A DNA stretch of 64,000 bases from Acidothermaceae bacterium (GCA_036510735.1 DATCDK010000240.1:3113-67112), one strand, 5' to 3'; positions 34,084 to 43,395 are shown, counted from the first letter of the stretch. Numbers and translations: made by a program. Notes: generated by a model not told the origin, from the sequence alone.

Positions 34084-36219
34084 CTACGGGCGGCGGTGCA
34101 GAACTATCGGGTAGACCGCGGTGGCCCCGAGCTCCTCGAGCAGGGACGCCGCGACCGTCATGGTCCAGCCGGAACTGTAGACATCGTCGACGAGCAGGAT
34201 CGGGCCAGCCGGCAGCGAGCCTTCAGATAGGCCGCCCGCGGGCACCAGACTGGCGGTCACGGCCGCGACGCGCTGCCCCGACGCGACGCCGGACACCGGC
34301 CGCGGACCACGGATCTCCAACGCGTCGACCAGGTTGAGCCGGCCGACCGTTGCAATGTGGCGGGCCAGTGAGCTGATCAGTAACGGATGGGTCCGCGACG
34401 GGATGGCCACCACGGTCGTCGGCCGGGTAGGCCAACTTCGCGCCCATCGCGCCAGCAACTCGACGACCCCTGCCGCGACCTCCGGCGGCAACTCACCGTC
34501 AGCTGCGCCGTCGCGAGTCAGCGGGACGACGAGATCTGCCCAACCCGGGTCGTCGGCGAACGCGAGGGCGCGCCCATCGACGAGTGTGGTGCCGATACGG
34601 CCCTTTCGTGCCGCGCCGGTGCGATCGATGGAGCCTGTGGGCCACAGCTTGCGCGGCTCGATCACCACATCGATGCCGCGAGCAAAGATGCGCGCGGTGT
34701 CGACGTCGACGGTCGACGGTGAGAACGCGAGGCCCGCAGGCAGCACACCGGTGCACACCGAGCAGACGCCGCAGGCAACGCCGGCGTGCGGGTCGTCAAG
34801 TGAGAGTCGCAGAAACGACATGAGGCAGCCGCTGCCGGCGGCGTAGCTGCGCATGATGCCGGCCTCGGTCGCGCGAGCGGCGGCCAACGCGGCATACCGT
34901 TTCTCGTCGAAGATCCACTGTTCACCGGTCGCCTGCCACCCGGCACCGACCCGCTGCACAGCGCCGTCGACCGCGAGGATCTTGAGCAGCGCCTCGAGCC
35001 GGCCGCGCCGGGAGCCGGTGGCCTCCTCGAGCTTCTGTAACGACAGCGGCTGCGAAGCCGCTCCCAACGCCGACAGCACCGAGGCCGCCAATGCAGGAGC
35101 CGGTGTTGACGCGTCGGCGAAGTAGGCCCACACCCGGTCGTCGGTCTCAGCAGGGAGCAGCACGGCGACCGCGGTGTCGAGCGCGCGACCGGCGCGTCCT
35201 ACCTGCTGGTAGTAGGCGACCGGCGATGCCGGCGAACCGACGTGCAGGCAGAACGCGAGATCGGGCTTGTCATATCCCATGCCCAACGCGGAGGTTGAGA
35301 TGACTGCCTTGATCTCGTTGCGCCGCAGCTGGTCCTCAATGCGTTCGCGTTCGTCAGTCTCGAGCTGGCCAGAGTAGGCCGCGACGGCATGGCCGCGAGA
35401 GGTGAGAAAGTCGGCAAGGCGGACCGTGTCTGCGACGGTGAGCACGTAGACGATTCCGGATCCGTCGAGCGTGTCGAGTGCGGCGGCCACCCACGCGTAC
35501 CGCTGCAACGCCGAAAGCCCGGGGACAACCCCCAGCTGCAATGACGATCGAGCCAAGGTTCCGCGCAACACCAAAGGCGCGACCGTGTTGCCCACCGCCA
35601 GCTGGTCGGCGACGTCGCGGGTGACCCGGTCGTTCGCGGTCGCGGTCGTGGCCAGCACCGGCAGGTCGGGGCGGGTGTTGGTAAGCAGTCGGGTCAGTCG
35701 CTGGTAGTCAGGGCGGAAGTCGAAACCCCAGTCGGACACGCAGTGCGCTTCGTCGATGACCAGCATCCCAAGACGTTCGAGCAAGTTCGGCAGTACCGAC
35801 TCGGCAAAGCGCGCCGACGCGAGGCGCTCGGGGGAGGTCAGAAGGACATCGACTTCGTCGTCGGCCAGCTGCTTCTCGATAACGCCCCAGTCATCGACAT
35901 TTGCGGAGTTGAGCGTGACCGCGTGCAGGCCAGCCCGCTGCGCCGCGGCGACCTGATCGCGCATCAGGGCAAGCAACGGGGAGATGACCAGGACCGTGCC
36001 CGACCCGGCCGCGCGCAACGCGGCGGCGGCGATCCAATAGACCGCGGACTTGCCCCACCCGGTTGCCTGAACGCACAGCACCCGGCGGCCCTCACAGACC
36101 AGGCCCTGCGCCGCGGCCAGCTGGTCGGGCCGAAGGACAGCGCTCGGCCCGGCGAGCTCGCGGAGCACCCTCGTGGCGACCGCGAGCAACTGGTCGGGCT
36201 CGACCCGAGTCTGCGTCAC
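34084..36219 (-). CDS. rqlH: RecQ-like ATP-dependent DNA helicase with a central tetracysteine module and a C-terminal phosphoribosyltransferase (ComF-like) domain (RqlH type)
   Basis: GTG start, 711 aa. Walker A QATGWGKS, DEAH box VIDEAHC, Cys465/483/486/489 (CGVCSVC), and C-terminal PRPP-loop-like ILLVDDVYSSGWTMTVA. Confidence 0.85.
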   Translation of the reverse strand: MTQTRVEPDQLLAVATRVLRELAGPSAVLRPDQLAAAQGLVCEGRRVLCVQATGWGKSAVYWIAAAALRAAGSGTVLVISPLLALMRDQVAAAQRAGLHAVTLNSANVDDWGVIEKQLADDEVDVLLTSPERLASARFAESVLPNLLERLGMLVIDEAHCVSDWGFDFRPDYQRLTRLLTNTRPDLPVLATTATANDRVTRDVADQLAVGNTVAPLVLRGTLARSSLQLGVVPGLSALQRYAWVAAALDTLDGSGIVYVLTVADTVRLADFLTSRGHAVAAYSGQLETDERERIEDQLRRNEIKAVISTSALGMGYDKPDLAFCLHVGSPASPVAYYQQVGRAGRALDTAVAVLLPAETDDRVWAYFADASTPAPALAASVLSALGAASQPLSLQKLEEATGSRRGRLEALLKILAVDGAVQRVGAGWQATGEQWIFDEKRYAALAAARATEAGIMRSYAAGSGCLMSFLRLSLDDPHAGVACGVCSVCTGVLPAGLAFSPSTVDVDTARIFARGIDVVIEPRKLWPTGSIDRTGAARKGRIGTTLVDGRALAFADDPGWADLVVPLTRDGAADGELPPEVAAGVVELLARWARSWPTRPTTVVAIPSRTHPLLISSLARHIATVGRLNLVDALEIRGPRPVSGVASGQRVAAVTASLVPAGGLSEGSLPAGPILLVDDVYSSGWTMTVAASLLEELGATAVYPIVLHRRP

Positions 36220-36337
36220 TGTCCGAGCATGACCTACCCGGCGGACAGCCGGGCCGACCTCCGCGCAAATGGCCTTCAGCCCAGGCTGGGCGTACCGATA
36301 CTCCTGTGAGGCTCGTTGACAGGGAAAGAGGTTGTGC

Positions 36338-38389
36338 GTGGCGTTCCCGGCGGAGGAAACGCCTAGTCGCGGCTGGTTTGCGTGGTGGGCCTACCTCACG
36401 CTGATCTTTGTCGCGTCCGGATCGCTCATCGTCTTGAGCGTGAGAGCCCTGACCCACGACCGCCTGACCGGGTCTACGAGCGCCTTCGTCCTGATCGCCG
36501 CTCTCCTTGTGCTCGGCGAGTTGCGCCCTGTGGTGGCCAGCGGGTCCTACGACCCGGACGGCGTCAGCTTGAGCACTGCGTTCGTCTTCGCCATCTTGCT
36601 CATCTGGGGCCCTGCCCCGGCCATCATCTTGCAGTTCGCCGGCATCTCGATGCGCGAAGTGTTGATGCGCAAGTCGTGGTGGCGGGTGATCTTCAATGCC
36701 GGGCAATACGCGATCTGCCTTGCGACCGCCTCGGTCGTGCTGGGGGTCTTCGGCATATCGGCGTCGCTCGCTGCGCCCCACGAGGTGACCGGCGGAACGC
36801 TGCTCGGGCTTGTCGTTGCTGCCGTTGTCTACCACCTGATGAACCTCGTGCTGGTCGGCATCATCATTTCGATTCGCCGCGGCACCACGTTGTGGGCGGA
36901 GATCATCGACGAGTTCTGGTACTACACCTCGACGACGATGGCGGTGATCGCCTTGTCGCCGGTGATCGCCGTGGTTGCCGTACATGCATGGCAACTGATC
37001 CCGCTGCTGATACTCCCGCTGTTCCTCGTCTACAAGACCGCGTCGATTTCACTTGAGCGCGAGCAGCAGTCACTGCACGACGCGCTGACCGGTCTGGCCA
37101 ACCGCAAGTTGCTGATGGCTCGCACCGGCGAGCTTCTGGGTGAGCTCCAGCAGAGCGATGGCCGGGTCGCGTTGGTACTGCTCGACCTCGACAGGTTCAA
37201 GGACATCAACGACACGCTGGGGCACCCAGTCGGAGACCGCGTGTTGCAGGTCGTGGCAGCGCGCGTGCAAGACGCGGTCCGTCCGGGCGATCTCGTCGCG
37301 AGGCTGGGCGGGGACGAGTTCGCGATCCTGCTCCATGATCTGAACGACGAGGCAACAGTTATCGAGGTCGCCGAGCGCATTCGCGCGACGCTGCACGAAC
37401 CGATCTCCTTCGACGGCACGATGGTCGATCTCGACGCGAGTCTCGGAATCGCACTGTTCCCCGATCACGGCGACGACTTCGACCAACTGCATCGACGGGC
37501 CGACGTAGCGATGTATGTGGCGAAGTCATCGGGCGGCGGCGTTGCGGTCTATGACGTGCAGAAGGACACCAACTCACTCGCCAGGTTAGGTCTGCTCGGT
37601 GAACTGCGGCACGCCGTCGAGATCGGACAGCTGGAGTTGTACTACCAGCCGAAGATTTCTTTGGCGACCGGTGAGGTGCTTGGCGTCGAGGCCCTGGTTC
37701 GGTGGCACCACCCGACGCTAGGCGTGGTGATGCCCGACCAGTTCATTCCGCTGGCCGAGCAGTCCGGGCTGATGCCCAGGCTTACGGATCTGCTGCTCGA
37801 CCAGGCGCTCGGCATGCGAGCACAGTTGGACCCCGGAGAGTCGGGGCTCATCATGGCCGTCAACATCAGTGTGCGTGACTTGCTCGACTACGGCTTCGCC
37901 GACCGAGTCGCAGCCGCGCTACGCCGCCATCACGTCGTTCCCGAGACGCTCATGCTGGAGATCACCGAACGCCGGCTGCTCGCTGACTACGACCGAGGCG
38001 CGAAGGTTCTGAGCGAACTCGTCGCCACTGGGGTGCACATCAGCCTTGACGACTTCGGCACCGGATACTCGTCTTTGACCCTGCTGAAGCGGGTGCCGGT
38101 CTGCGAGTTGAAGATCGACCAGTCGTTCGTCTCAAGAATCGGCGACTCCGAGGCAGACGCCACCATCGTCGGGTCGATCGTCGAACTTGCGCACGCTCTC
38201 AACCTCACGGTGGTTGCCGAGGGCGTGGAGACCACCGATGTGCTCGAGCGTTTGAAGGCGCTCGGGTGCGATCAGGCGCAGGGCTGGTTGGTCGGCCTTC
38301 CGATGGACGCCGCGACGGCCAGCGCTTGGATCGCGCGGCATCGCCGTGACCGGCAAGGGGTCGGCGTCCCGCTTCGGGCACTCTCATAG
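36338..38389 (+). CDS. Membrane-anchored GGDEF-EAL protein (diguanylate cyclase/phosphodiesterase)
   Basis: GTG 36338 behind AAAGAGG (track: TTG 36332). About 230 aa of multi-TM N-domain. RLGGDEFAILL with an RPGD I-site, and EAL domain GVEALVRW...DDFGTGYSSL. Confidence 0.85.
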   Translation: MAFPAEETPSRGWFAWWAYLTLIFVASGSLIVLSVRALTHDRLTGSTSAFVLIAALLVLGELRPVVASGSYDPDGVSLSTAFVFAILLIWGPAPAIILQFAGISMREVLMRKSWWRVIFNAGQYAICLATASVVLGVFGISASLAAPHEVTGGTLLGLVVAAVVYHLMNLVLVGIIISIRRGTTLWAEIIDEFWYYTSTTMAVIALSPVIAVVAVHAWQLIPLLILPLFLVYKTASISLEREQQSLHDALTGLANRKLLMARTGELLGELQQSDGRVALVLLDLDRFKDINDTLGHPVGDRVLQVVAARVQDAVRPGDLVARLGGDEFAILLHDLNDEATVIEVAERIRATLHEPISFDGTMVDLDASLGIALFPDHGDDFDQLHRRADVAMYVAKSSGGGVAVYDVQKDTNSLARLGLLGELRHAVEIGQLELYYQPKISLATGEVLGVEALVRWHHPTLGVVMPDQFIPLAEQSGLMPRLTDLLLDQALGMRAQLDPGESGLIMAVNISVRDLLDYGFADRVAAALRRHHVVPETLMLEITERRLLADYDRGAKVLSELVATGVHISLDDFGTGYSSLTLLKRVPVCELKIDQSFVSRIGDSEADATIVGSIVELAHALNLTVVAEGVETTDVLERLKALGCDQAQGWLVGLPMDAATASAWIARHRRDRQGVGVPLRALS

Positions 38390-38513
38390 GCCTGGGCACA
38401 CACTCTGCTTACGGGCTGGGCACAAAGGGCTATCTCAGGACGGAATATCGGACCTGCCAGCGACAAGGGACCGGTCCAGGACCGATACTGAGGGGAATGA
38501 ACAGGACCACGCC

Positions 38514-38723
38514 GTGATCCGGCGCCCGCTGCCCGGTAGCCCCTTCAACGTGATCACGGTCGCCCGGCCGGTCGAGGTGTTCGCGGTGAACGATCGGGTG
38601 AGCCACGACAGGTACGGTCTCGGGTGCGTTATCGGCGTTGAGCCAGACGTCGCGGTTCTGGTCGACTTCGGTCCGCGGCAGGAGCGCTTGGTCGCTCCGT
38701 ACCCCCGGCTCACCAAGCTGTAG
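38514..38723 (+). CDS. Small hypothetical protein (69 aa), possible Tudor/DUF3553-like fold
   Basis: In-frame GTG 38514 with high GC3. NDRVSHDRYGLGCVIGVEPDVAVLVDFG resembles the GDRVxHxxFGxGxV motif. Its stop overlaps the next gene's start (TAGTG). Confidence 0.5.
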   Translation: MIRRPLPGSPFNVITVARPVEVFAVNDRVSHDRYGLGCVIGVEPDVAVLVDFGPRQERLVAPYPRLTKL

Positions 38724-39946
38724 TGCGAACCCTCTTCGCCAACGGTTCCGTCTTTGACGGAACCGGCGCCCCAGCTGCGCGTGGTGCCGTCGTCATCGAG
38801 GGCGATCGCATCGTCGGTGTGGGTCAGGGCAACGGCGACGAGATGGACGCCGATGTGCGGGTCGATCTCGCGGGTGCAGCCGTCGTCCCCGGTTTCTTCG
38901 ACTGCCACACCCATGTCACGGTCTCTGGCTTCGACTACATGTCGTTGCTGCAGCGGCCCTTCTCCTTCCAGTTCTACGAAGCCGTCGAGAATCTGCGACG
39001 CACCCTCGACATCGGCATCACCACGATTCGCGATGCGCACGGTGCAGACCTCGGTGTGCAGCAAGCGGTCGAACGCGGCATGATTCCTGGTCCCCACATG
39101 CAGATTTCGGTGACCGCCATCAGCCAAACCGGCGGGCACGGCGATGGCTGGATGGCGTCCGGCAACTGCATCGAGATGATGCCGACCCACCCAGGCCGGC
39201 CGTCCGGCATCGTCGATGGGCCCGACGAGATGCGGCGCAAGGTTCGCGAACTGATCAGGGCCGGCGCCGATGTCATCAAGGTGTTCACGTCGGGCGGCGT
39301 GTTGTCTCCCCGCGACGACCCGCGGCACGCACATTTCCGCGACGTCGAACTCGCGGTGCTCGTTGAAGAGGCCACCGCAGCCGGCCGTTTCGTGATGGCG
39401 CACGCGCAAGGCGTCGACGGCATCAAGAACGCGGTACGGGCCGGAATCCGTTCGATTGAGCACGGGGTCTACCTCGATGACGAGGGCATCTCCCTGATGC
39501 TCGAACACGGCACCTGGCTGGTCCCGACGTTGTCGGCTCCGGCAGCTGTTCTGGAGCTGGTCTCCGCCGGTGGCCAGGTTCCGGCCGTCGTTATCGAGAA
39601 GGCGCATGCGGTGATCGACGTCCATCGTCGCGCTGTCACTCGTGCCATCGAGGCCGGAGTGAAGATCGCGATGGGTACCGATAGCGGCGTCGGGCCGCAC
39701 GGGCAGAACCTGCACGAACTCGACCTCATGACCCAGTGCGGAATGTCCCCGGCGCAGGCGCTGATCTCGACGACTTCGGAGGCAGCGCGCCTGCTCGGGG
39801 TCGACGACGACCGCGGCACCATCGAGCCAGGCAAGCGCGCAGATTTGGTGGTGCTGGGCGGCAGTCTCGATGACATGACCGGCTTGTCTGACCGCGTCTT
39901 GCAGGTCTGGAAAGACGGGCAACGGGTCGCCGGCAAAGACCGGTAA
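38723..39946 (+). CDS. Amidohydrolase family metallo-hydrolase (imidazolonepropionase / Xaa-Pro-dipeptidase-like)
   Basis: 407 aa with VVPGFFDCHTHV (HxH), MAHAQG, IEHG and MGTDSG. Confidence 0.85.
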   Translation: MRTLFANGSVFDGTGAPAARGAVVIEGDRIVGVGQGNGDEMDADVRVDLAGAAVVPGFFDCHTHVTVSGFDYMSLLQRPFSFQFYEAVENLRRTLDIGITTIRDAHGADLGVQQAVERGMIPGPHMQISVTAISQTGGHGDGWMASGNCIEMMPTHPGRPSGIVDGPDEMRRKVRELIRAGADVIKVFTSGGVLSPRDDPRHAHFRDVELAVLVEEATAAGRFVMAHAQGVDGIKNAVRAGIRSIEHGVYLDDEGISLMLEHGTWLVPTLSAPAAVLELVSAGGQVPAVVIEKAHAVIDVHRRAVTRAIEAGVKIAMGTDSGVGPHGQNLHELDLMTQCGMSPAQALISTTSEAARLLGVDDDRGTIEPGKRADLVVLGGSLDDMTGLSDRVLQVWKDGQRVAGKDR

Positions 39947-40011
39947 TCTGGTTCGGGTCACTACGCGGTGACAACTTCCAGCTGACAAGCGTCCAACCGG
40001 AGGCCACCCCC

Positions 40012-41433
40012 ATGGCGATCGCGACCACGAACCCGGCGACCGGCGAGGTCGTCAAGGCGTTCGACCCGATGACGCCCGAGGAGATCGAGGTTCGCCTCGA
40101 GCGGGCCTATCGTGGCTACGAGGTGCTGCGTCAGACGTCGTTCGCCCAACGGGCAGCGTGGATGCGGGCCGCCGCCGACATCCTCGACGCCGAGATTGAC
40201 GACGTTGCGCGCACCATGACGATCGAGATGGGCAAGACGCTCGCGAGTGCGAAGGGCGAGGTCGCGAAATGCGCAAAGGGTGGCCGTTACTACGCCGACC
40301 ACGCTGAAGCGTTTCTGGCCGACGAGATCGTCGATCCTGCACCGGTCGGCGCCACCGGCGCGCTCGTGCGCTACCAGCCGATCGGCCCGGTACTTGCGGT
40401 CATGCCATGGAATTTCCCTTTGTGGCAGGCAATGCGCTTCGCTGCGCCCGCGTTGATGGCAGGCAATGTGGGGCTGCTCAAGCACGCGAGCAACGTGCCG
40501 CAGTCCGCGCTGTTCCTCGAAGATCTATTCCGGCGGGCCGGGTTTCCCGAGGGCTCGTTCCAGACGTTGCTCATCGGCTCAGCGGAGGTCGAGGGAGTCA
40601 TCTCTGACCCCCGAGTCAGAGCGGTCACGTTGACCGGTAGCGAAGCTGCCGGCCGCGCGGTCGCCGCGGTGGCTGGCCGCGAGCTGAAGAAGAGTGTGCT
40701 TGAACTCGGTGGCAGCGACCCGTTCGTGGTGATGCCGTCAGCCAACATCGACGAGGCGGCCGCGATCGCCACGACTGCCCGCTGCCAGAACAACGGTCAG
40801 TCGTGCATCGCGGCAAAGCGGTTCATCGTGCACACCGATGTCTACGACGCGTTTACTGCGGCGTTCGTGGCAAAGATGTCGGCGTTGCGGGTCGGAGACC
40901 CGATGGTGGCTGGCACCGATATCGGCCCACTGGCCACCGAGCAGGGCCGCGCCGACATCGAGGAGCAGGTGCGCGACGCGGTTGCCAAGGGCGCCTCGGT
41001 TCTGTGCGGGGGCGCCCGCCTCGACCAGCCCGGCTGGTGGTACCAGCCGACGGTGGTCGCTGACCTGACCCCAGAAATGAAGATGTACGCCGAGGAGGTC
41101 TTCGGCCCGGTCGCTGGTCTCTACCGGGTGAACTCACGTGAGGACGCCCTTGAACTCGCCAACGGCACCGAGTTCGGTCTCGGATCGAATGCCTGGACCA
41201 ACGACCCGGACGAGCAGGAGTACTTCATCAACGGTCTTGACGCCGGCGCCGCGTTCATCAACGGCATGACGACGTCATTCGCCGAGTTGCCATTCGGCGG
41301 CGTCCGCAACTCCGGCTACGGGCGCGAATTGTCCAGCCACGGCATCAAGGAATTCTGCAACGCAAAGACCGTGTGGATCGGCAGCACCGAAGCCAGCACC
41401 AGCACCCCGACCGCGGGCGACCACAGCGAGTAA
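40012..41433 (+). CDS. NAD(P)+ succinate-semialdehyde dehydrogenase, YneI/Sad-type
   Basis: MAIATTNPATGE, MPWNFPLWQ, LLKHASNVP, VLELGGSDPF and QNNGQSCIAAKR. 473 aa. Confidence 0.8.
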   Translation: MAIATTNPATGEVVKAFDPMTPEEIEVRLERAYRGYEVLRQTSFAQRAAWMRAAADILDAEIDDVARTMTIEMGKTLASAKGEVAKCAKGGRYYADHAEAFLADEIVDPAPVGATGALVRYQPIGPVLAVMPWNFPLWQAMRFAAPALMAGNVGLLKHASNVPQSALFLEDLFRRAGFPEGSFQTLLIGSAEVEGVISDPRVRAVTLTGSEAAGRAVAAVAGRELKKSVLELGGSDPFVVMPSANIDEAAAIATTARCQNNGQSCIAAKRFIVHTDVYDAFTAAFVAKMSALRVGDPMVAGTDIGPLATEQGRADIEEQVRDAVAKGASVLCGGARLDQPGWWYQPTVVADLTPEMKMYAEEVFGPVAGLYRVNSREDALELANGTEFGLGSNAWTNDPDEQEYFINGLDAGAAFINGMTTSFAELPFGGVRNSGYGRELSSHGIKEFCNAKTVWIGSTEASTSTPTAGDHSE

Positions 41434-41448
41434 CGGCGCCGCCGACGC

Positions 41449-41688
41449 CTAACCGACGGACGACACCGGGTCGCGTCGCGGCGCCGGCCGCAGTTGCAGG
41501 TGCCCGAGCAGGTGCTCGGTCGCCGCAGCGACCTCGGCGACGGCTTCGTCGAACGCTTCCTGATTGGCCGCCGACGGCTTGCGCATGCCGGCGATCTTTC
41601 GCACGTACTGCAGCGCGGCAGCGGTGACATCTTCTGAGGTGGCCTCGTCAACGTACGGCGGGCGCAGGGTCTTGATGCTTCGGCACAT
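41449..41688 (-). CDS. DUF2277 family protein
   Basis: 79 aa. MCRSIKTLRPPYVDEATSEDVTAAALQYVRKIAGMRKPSAANQEAFDEAV is the DUF2277 pattern as I recall it. Confidence 0.75.
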   Translation of the reverse strand: MCRSIKTLRPPYVDEATSEDVTAAALQYVRKIAGMRKPSAANQEAFDEAVAEVAAATEHLLGHLQLRPAPRRDPVSSVG

Positions 41689-41714
41689 GCAGCCAGCCTA
41701 CGACGCGAGCCTGT

Positions 41715-42839
41715 CTACGACGCGACGCTGGCGCCGACATCGTGGAGATGGCCCATGGCCAGCTGATAGGAGCGGTACAGCGACGCCTCGGCGTAGGGCA
41801 GACCGTGGGCTTCGCAGAAGTCGCGCACGATCGGCACCGCGCGGCGCAAGTTCGGCCGCGGCATCGAGGGGAACAGGTGGTGCTCGATCTGCCAGTTCAG
41901 GCCGCCCAGCAACATACCGACCGGCACGCCACCTGTGACGTTGCGCGAGGTAAGCACCTGCCTGCGCAGGAAGTCCATCTCCTCGTCCTTCGTCAGCATC
42001 TTCATGCCCTTGTGGTTCGGCGCGAACGAGCAGCCCAAATAGACACCGAACAAAGCCTGGTGGACGCCGAAGAAAGCCAGCGCCTGCAGGGGCGACATCG
42101 TCAGCAGCAACAACGTGATGTACCCGGCGACGTGAACAAAGAGCAGGGACGCCTCGACGCCGCGGTTGCGCGCCCCGGTCTTTGCCACCGCTTGAATACT
42201 GGCAATCTTGAGGTTCAGCGCTTCGAGAGTGAGTATCGGGAAGAAGTACAGCGACTGCCAGCGGGCAGCGTATTGACCGATGCGACCGCGCTTCAGCGCC
42301 TCCTCACGGCTGAACGCGAAGACACCCGTGCCGACGTCAGGATCGAGTTCGGCCTGGTTCGGATTGCGGTGGTGCCGGTTGTGCTTGTCGACCCACCAGT
42401 CGTAGCTCAGGCCGATCATCAGGTTGCCGTGCAAGTAGCCGGCCAGCTCGTTTGCCTGGCGGCTGCGGAACATCTGTCGGTGGCCGGCCTCGTGACCGGT
42501 GAAGGCGAGCTGAGTTGAGACGATCGCGAAGAAGACGGCGACCAACAGCACCCACCAGGTGTGGTTGGCCAGGTAGAGCGCGAAACCGGCCGCGGCGACC
42601 ATCACGACATTGAGCGCGATCCGCAGCCAGTAGTAGAGCTTGCGGCGCTCGAGCAGCCCGGCGTCCTTCACAATCCTCGACAGCATTGCGTACTCGCTGC
42701 CTCGCCGGATGGGGACGTCCACGGACTGAGCAGTCACGGCGATTCCATTCCAGGCGCGCACGCCGAAGTCATCGCCACGGGGTCTGGATGGCGGGGTGGT
42801 GGGTCGAGGAGCCACTGCTCCGCGTTCGAAGTGTCTCAC
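41715..42839 (-). CDS. Membrane fatty-acid desaturase family protein
   Basis: Three His boxes: HEAGHRQ, DKHNRHHRNPN and QIEHHLFPSMP. The start is uncertain: GTG 42839 per the track, or GTG 42737. Confidence 0.8.
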   Translation of the reverse strand: MRHFERGAVAPRPTTPPSRPRGDDFGVRAWNGIAVTAQSVDVPIRRGSEYAMLSRIVKDAGLLERRKLYYWLRIALNVVMVAAAGFALYLANHTWWVLLVAVFFAIVSTQLAFTGHEAGHRQMFRSRQANELAGYLHGNLMIGLSYDWWVDKHNRHHRNPNQAELDPDVGTGVFAFSREEALKRGRIGQYAARWQSLYFFPILTLEALNLKIASIQAVAKTGARNRGVEASLLFVHVAGYITLLLLTMSPLQALAFFGVHQALFGVYLGCSFAPNHKGMKMLTKDEEMDFLRRQVLTSRNVTGGVPVGMLLGGLNWQIEHHLFPSMPRPNLRRAVPIVRDFCEAHGLPYAEASLYRSYQLAMGHLHDVGASVAS

Positions 42840-42857
42840 GCCCGGGGGCGTTTCCGC

Positions 42858-42914
42858 GCAGAGCCGCTAGGCGTGAATAGGCAGAGCCGCTGGGCGTGAA
42901 TAGGCGTGAATGGG
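42858..42914. repeat. 23-bp tandem direct repeat (GCAGAGCCGCTRGGCGTGAATAG x2) plus an 11-nt partial; GGCGTGAAT(A/G)GG occurs three times
   Basis: Units 42858-42880 and 42881-42903 differ at one position. 42904-42914 repeats the GCGTGAAT core. Located between the desaturase start and a small downstream ORF. Confidence 0.8.
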
Positions 42915-42976
42915 CACAGTCAACAGGTCGTCGGGTGTCCTGCATAGAATGCTCACCCCCTGGGCAGGAGGCCAGC

Positions 42977-43159
42977 GTGAGAATCCGAAGCCTGTTCAAC
43001 CTTCGACGCGACCTCGTCATCGCCATCGCGGTGCCGGTCGCCGGCAAGCTGCTGTCGGTGGCGGCCCAGCAACTGAGAGAGCGTCGCGGGCCTAATCAGT
43101 TCGCTGATCGCCTTGACCAGGGCAGTCAGCTCATCCGCCGGGTCAGCCGACTGGTCTGA
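42977..43159 (+). CDS. Small hypothetical protein (60 aa)
   Basis: GTG 42977 lies 5 nt after AGGAGG. Fairly high GC3 and one hydrophobic segment (LVIAIAVPVAGKLLSVAA). No family recognised. Confidence 0.4.
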   Translation: MRIRSLFNLRRDLVIAIAVPVAGKLLSVAAQQLRERRGPNQFADRLDQGSQLIRRVSRLV

Positions 43160-43235
43160 GCGGCCCTGACCACGGGTGAAGTACCCGTGATAGGGTCACC
43201 GTAGGTTGCAGTTGCAGTACTCCTCGAACGTTAAT

Positions 43236-43272
43236 GACGCCCGCGGATTCTCGCAGCGGGCGTCTTTTGTTT
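43236..43272 (+). terminator. Intrinsic-terminator-like hairpin (GACGCCCGC / GCGGGCGTC plus TTTTGTTT)
   Basis: 9-bp GC stem, 11-nt loop and a T-rich tail on the + strand. Lies 77 nt after the small ORF and 124 nt before the cspA ATG. Confidence 0.4.
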
Positions 43273-43395
43273 GAGTTGAGTCGGTAGCACCCCGCGTTTG
43301 CGCGGATTGCGCCTCGTTAACTCCTGCGAATCCGACGTGGCAGCCCGAGCCGCCGACGTGGCGTCTCGTAGCACACCTAACGAGGAGTACCCCAG

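Noticed and set aside
38435-39988. 517-aa minus-strand ORF antisense to the amidohydrolase gene
   Set aside because: No motifs and Arg/His/Asp-rich. The plus-strand gene has clear HxH, MGTDSG and other amidohydrolase motifs.
42858-42914. Short tandem repeats (also 16935-16976 and 58569-58605) considered as CRISPR-like arrays
   Set aside because: The units are directly adjacent with no spacers, there are only 2-3 copies, and there are no cas genes.
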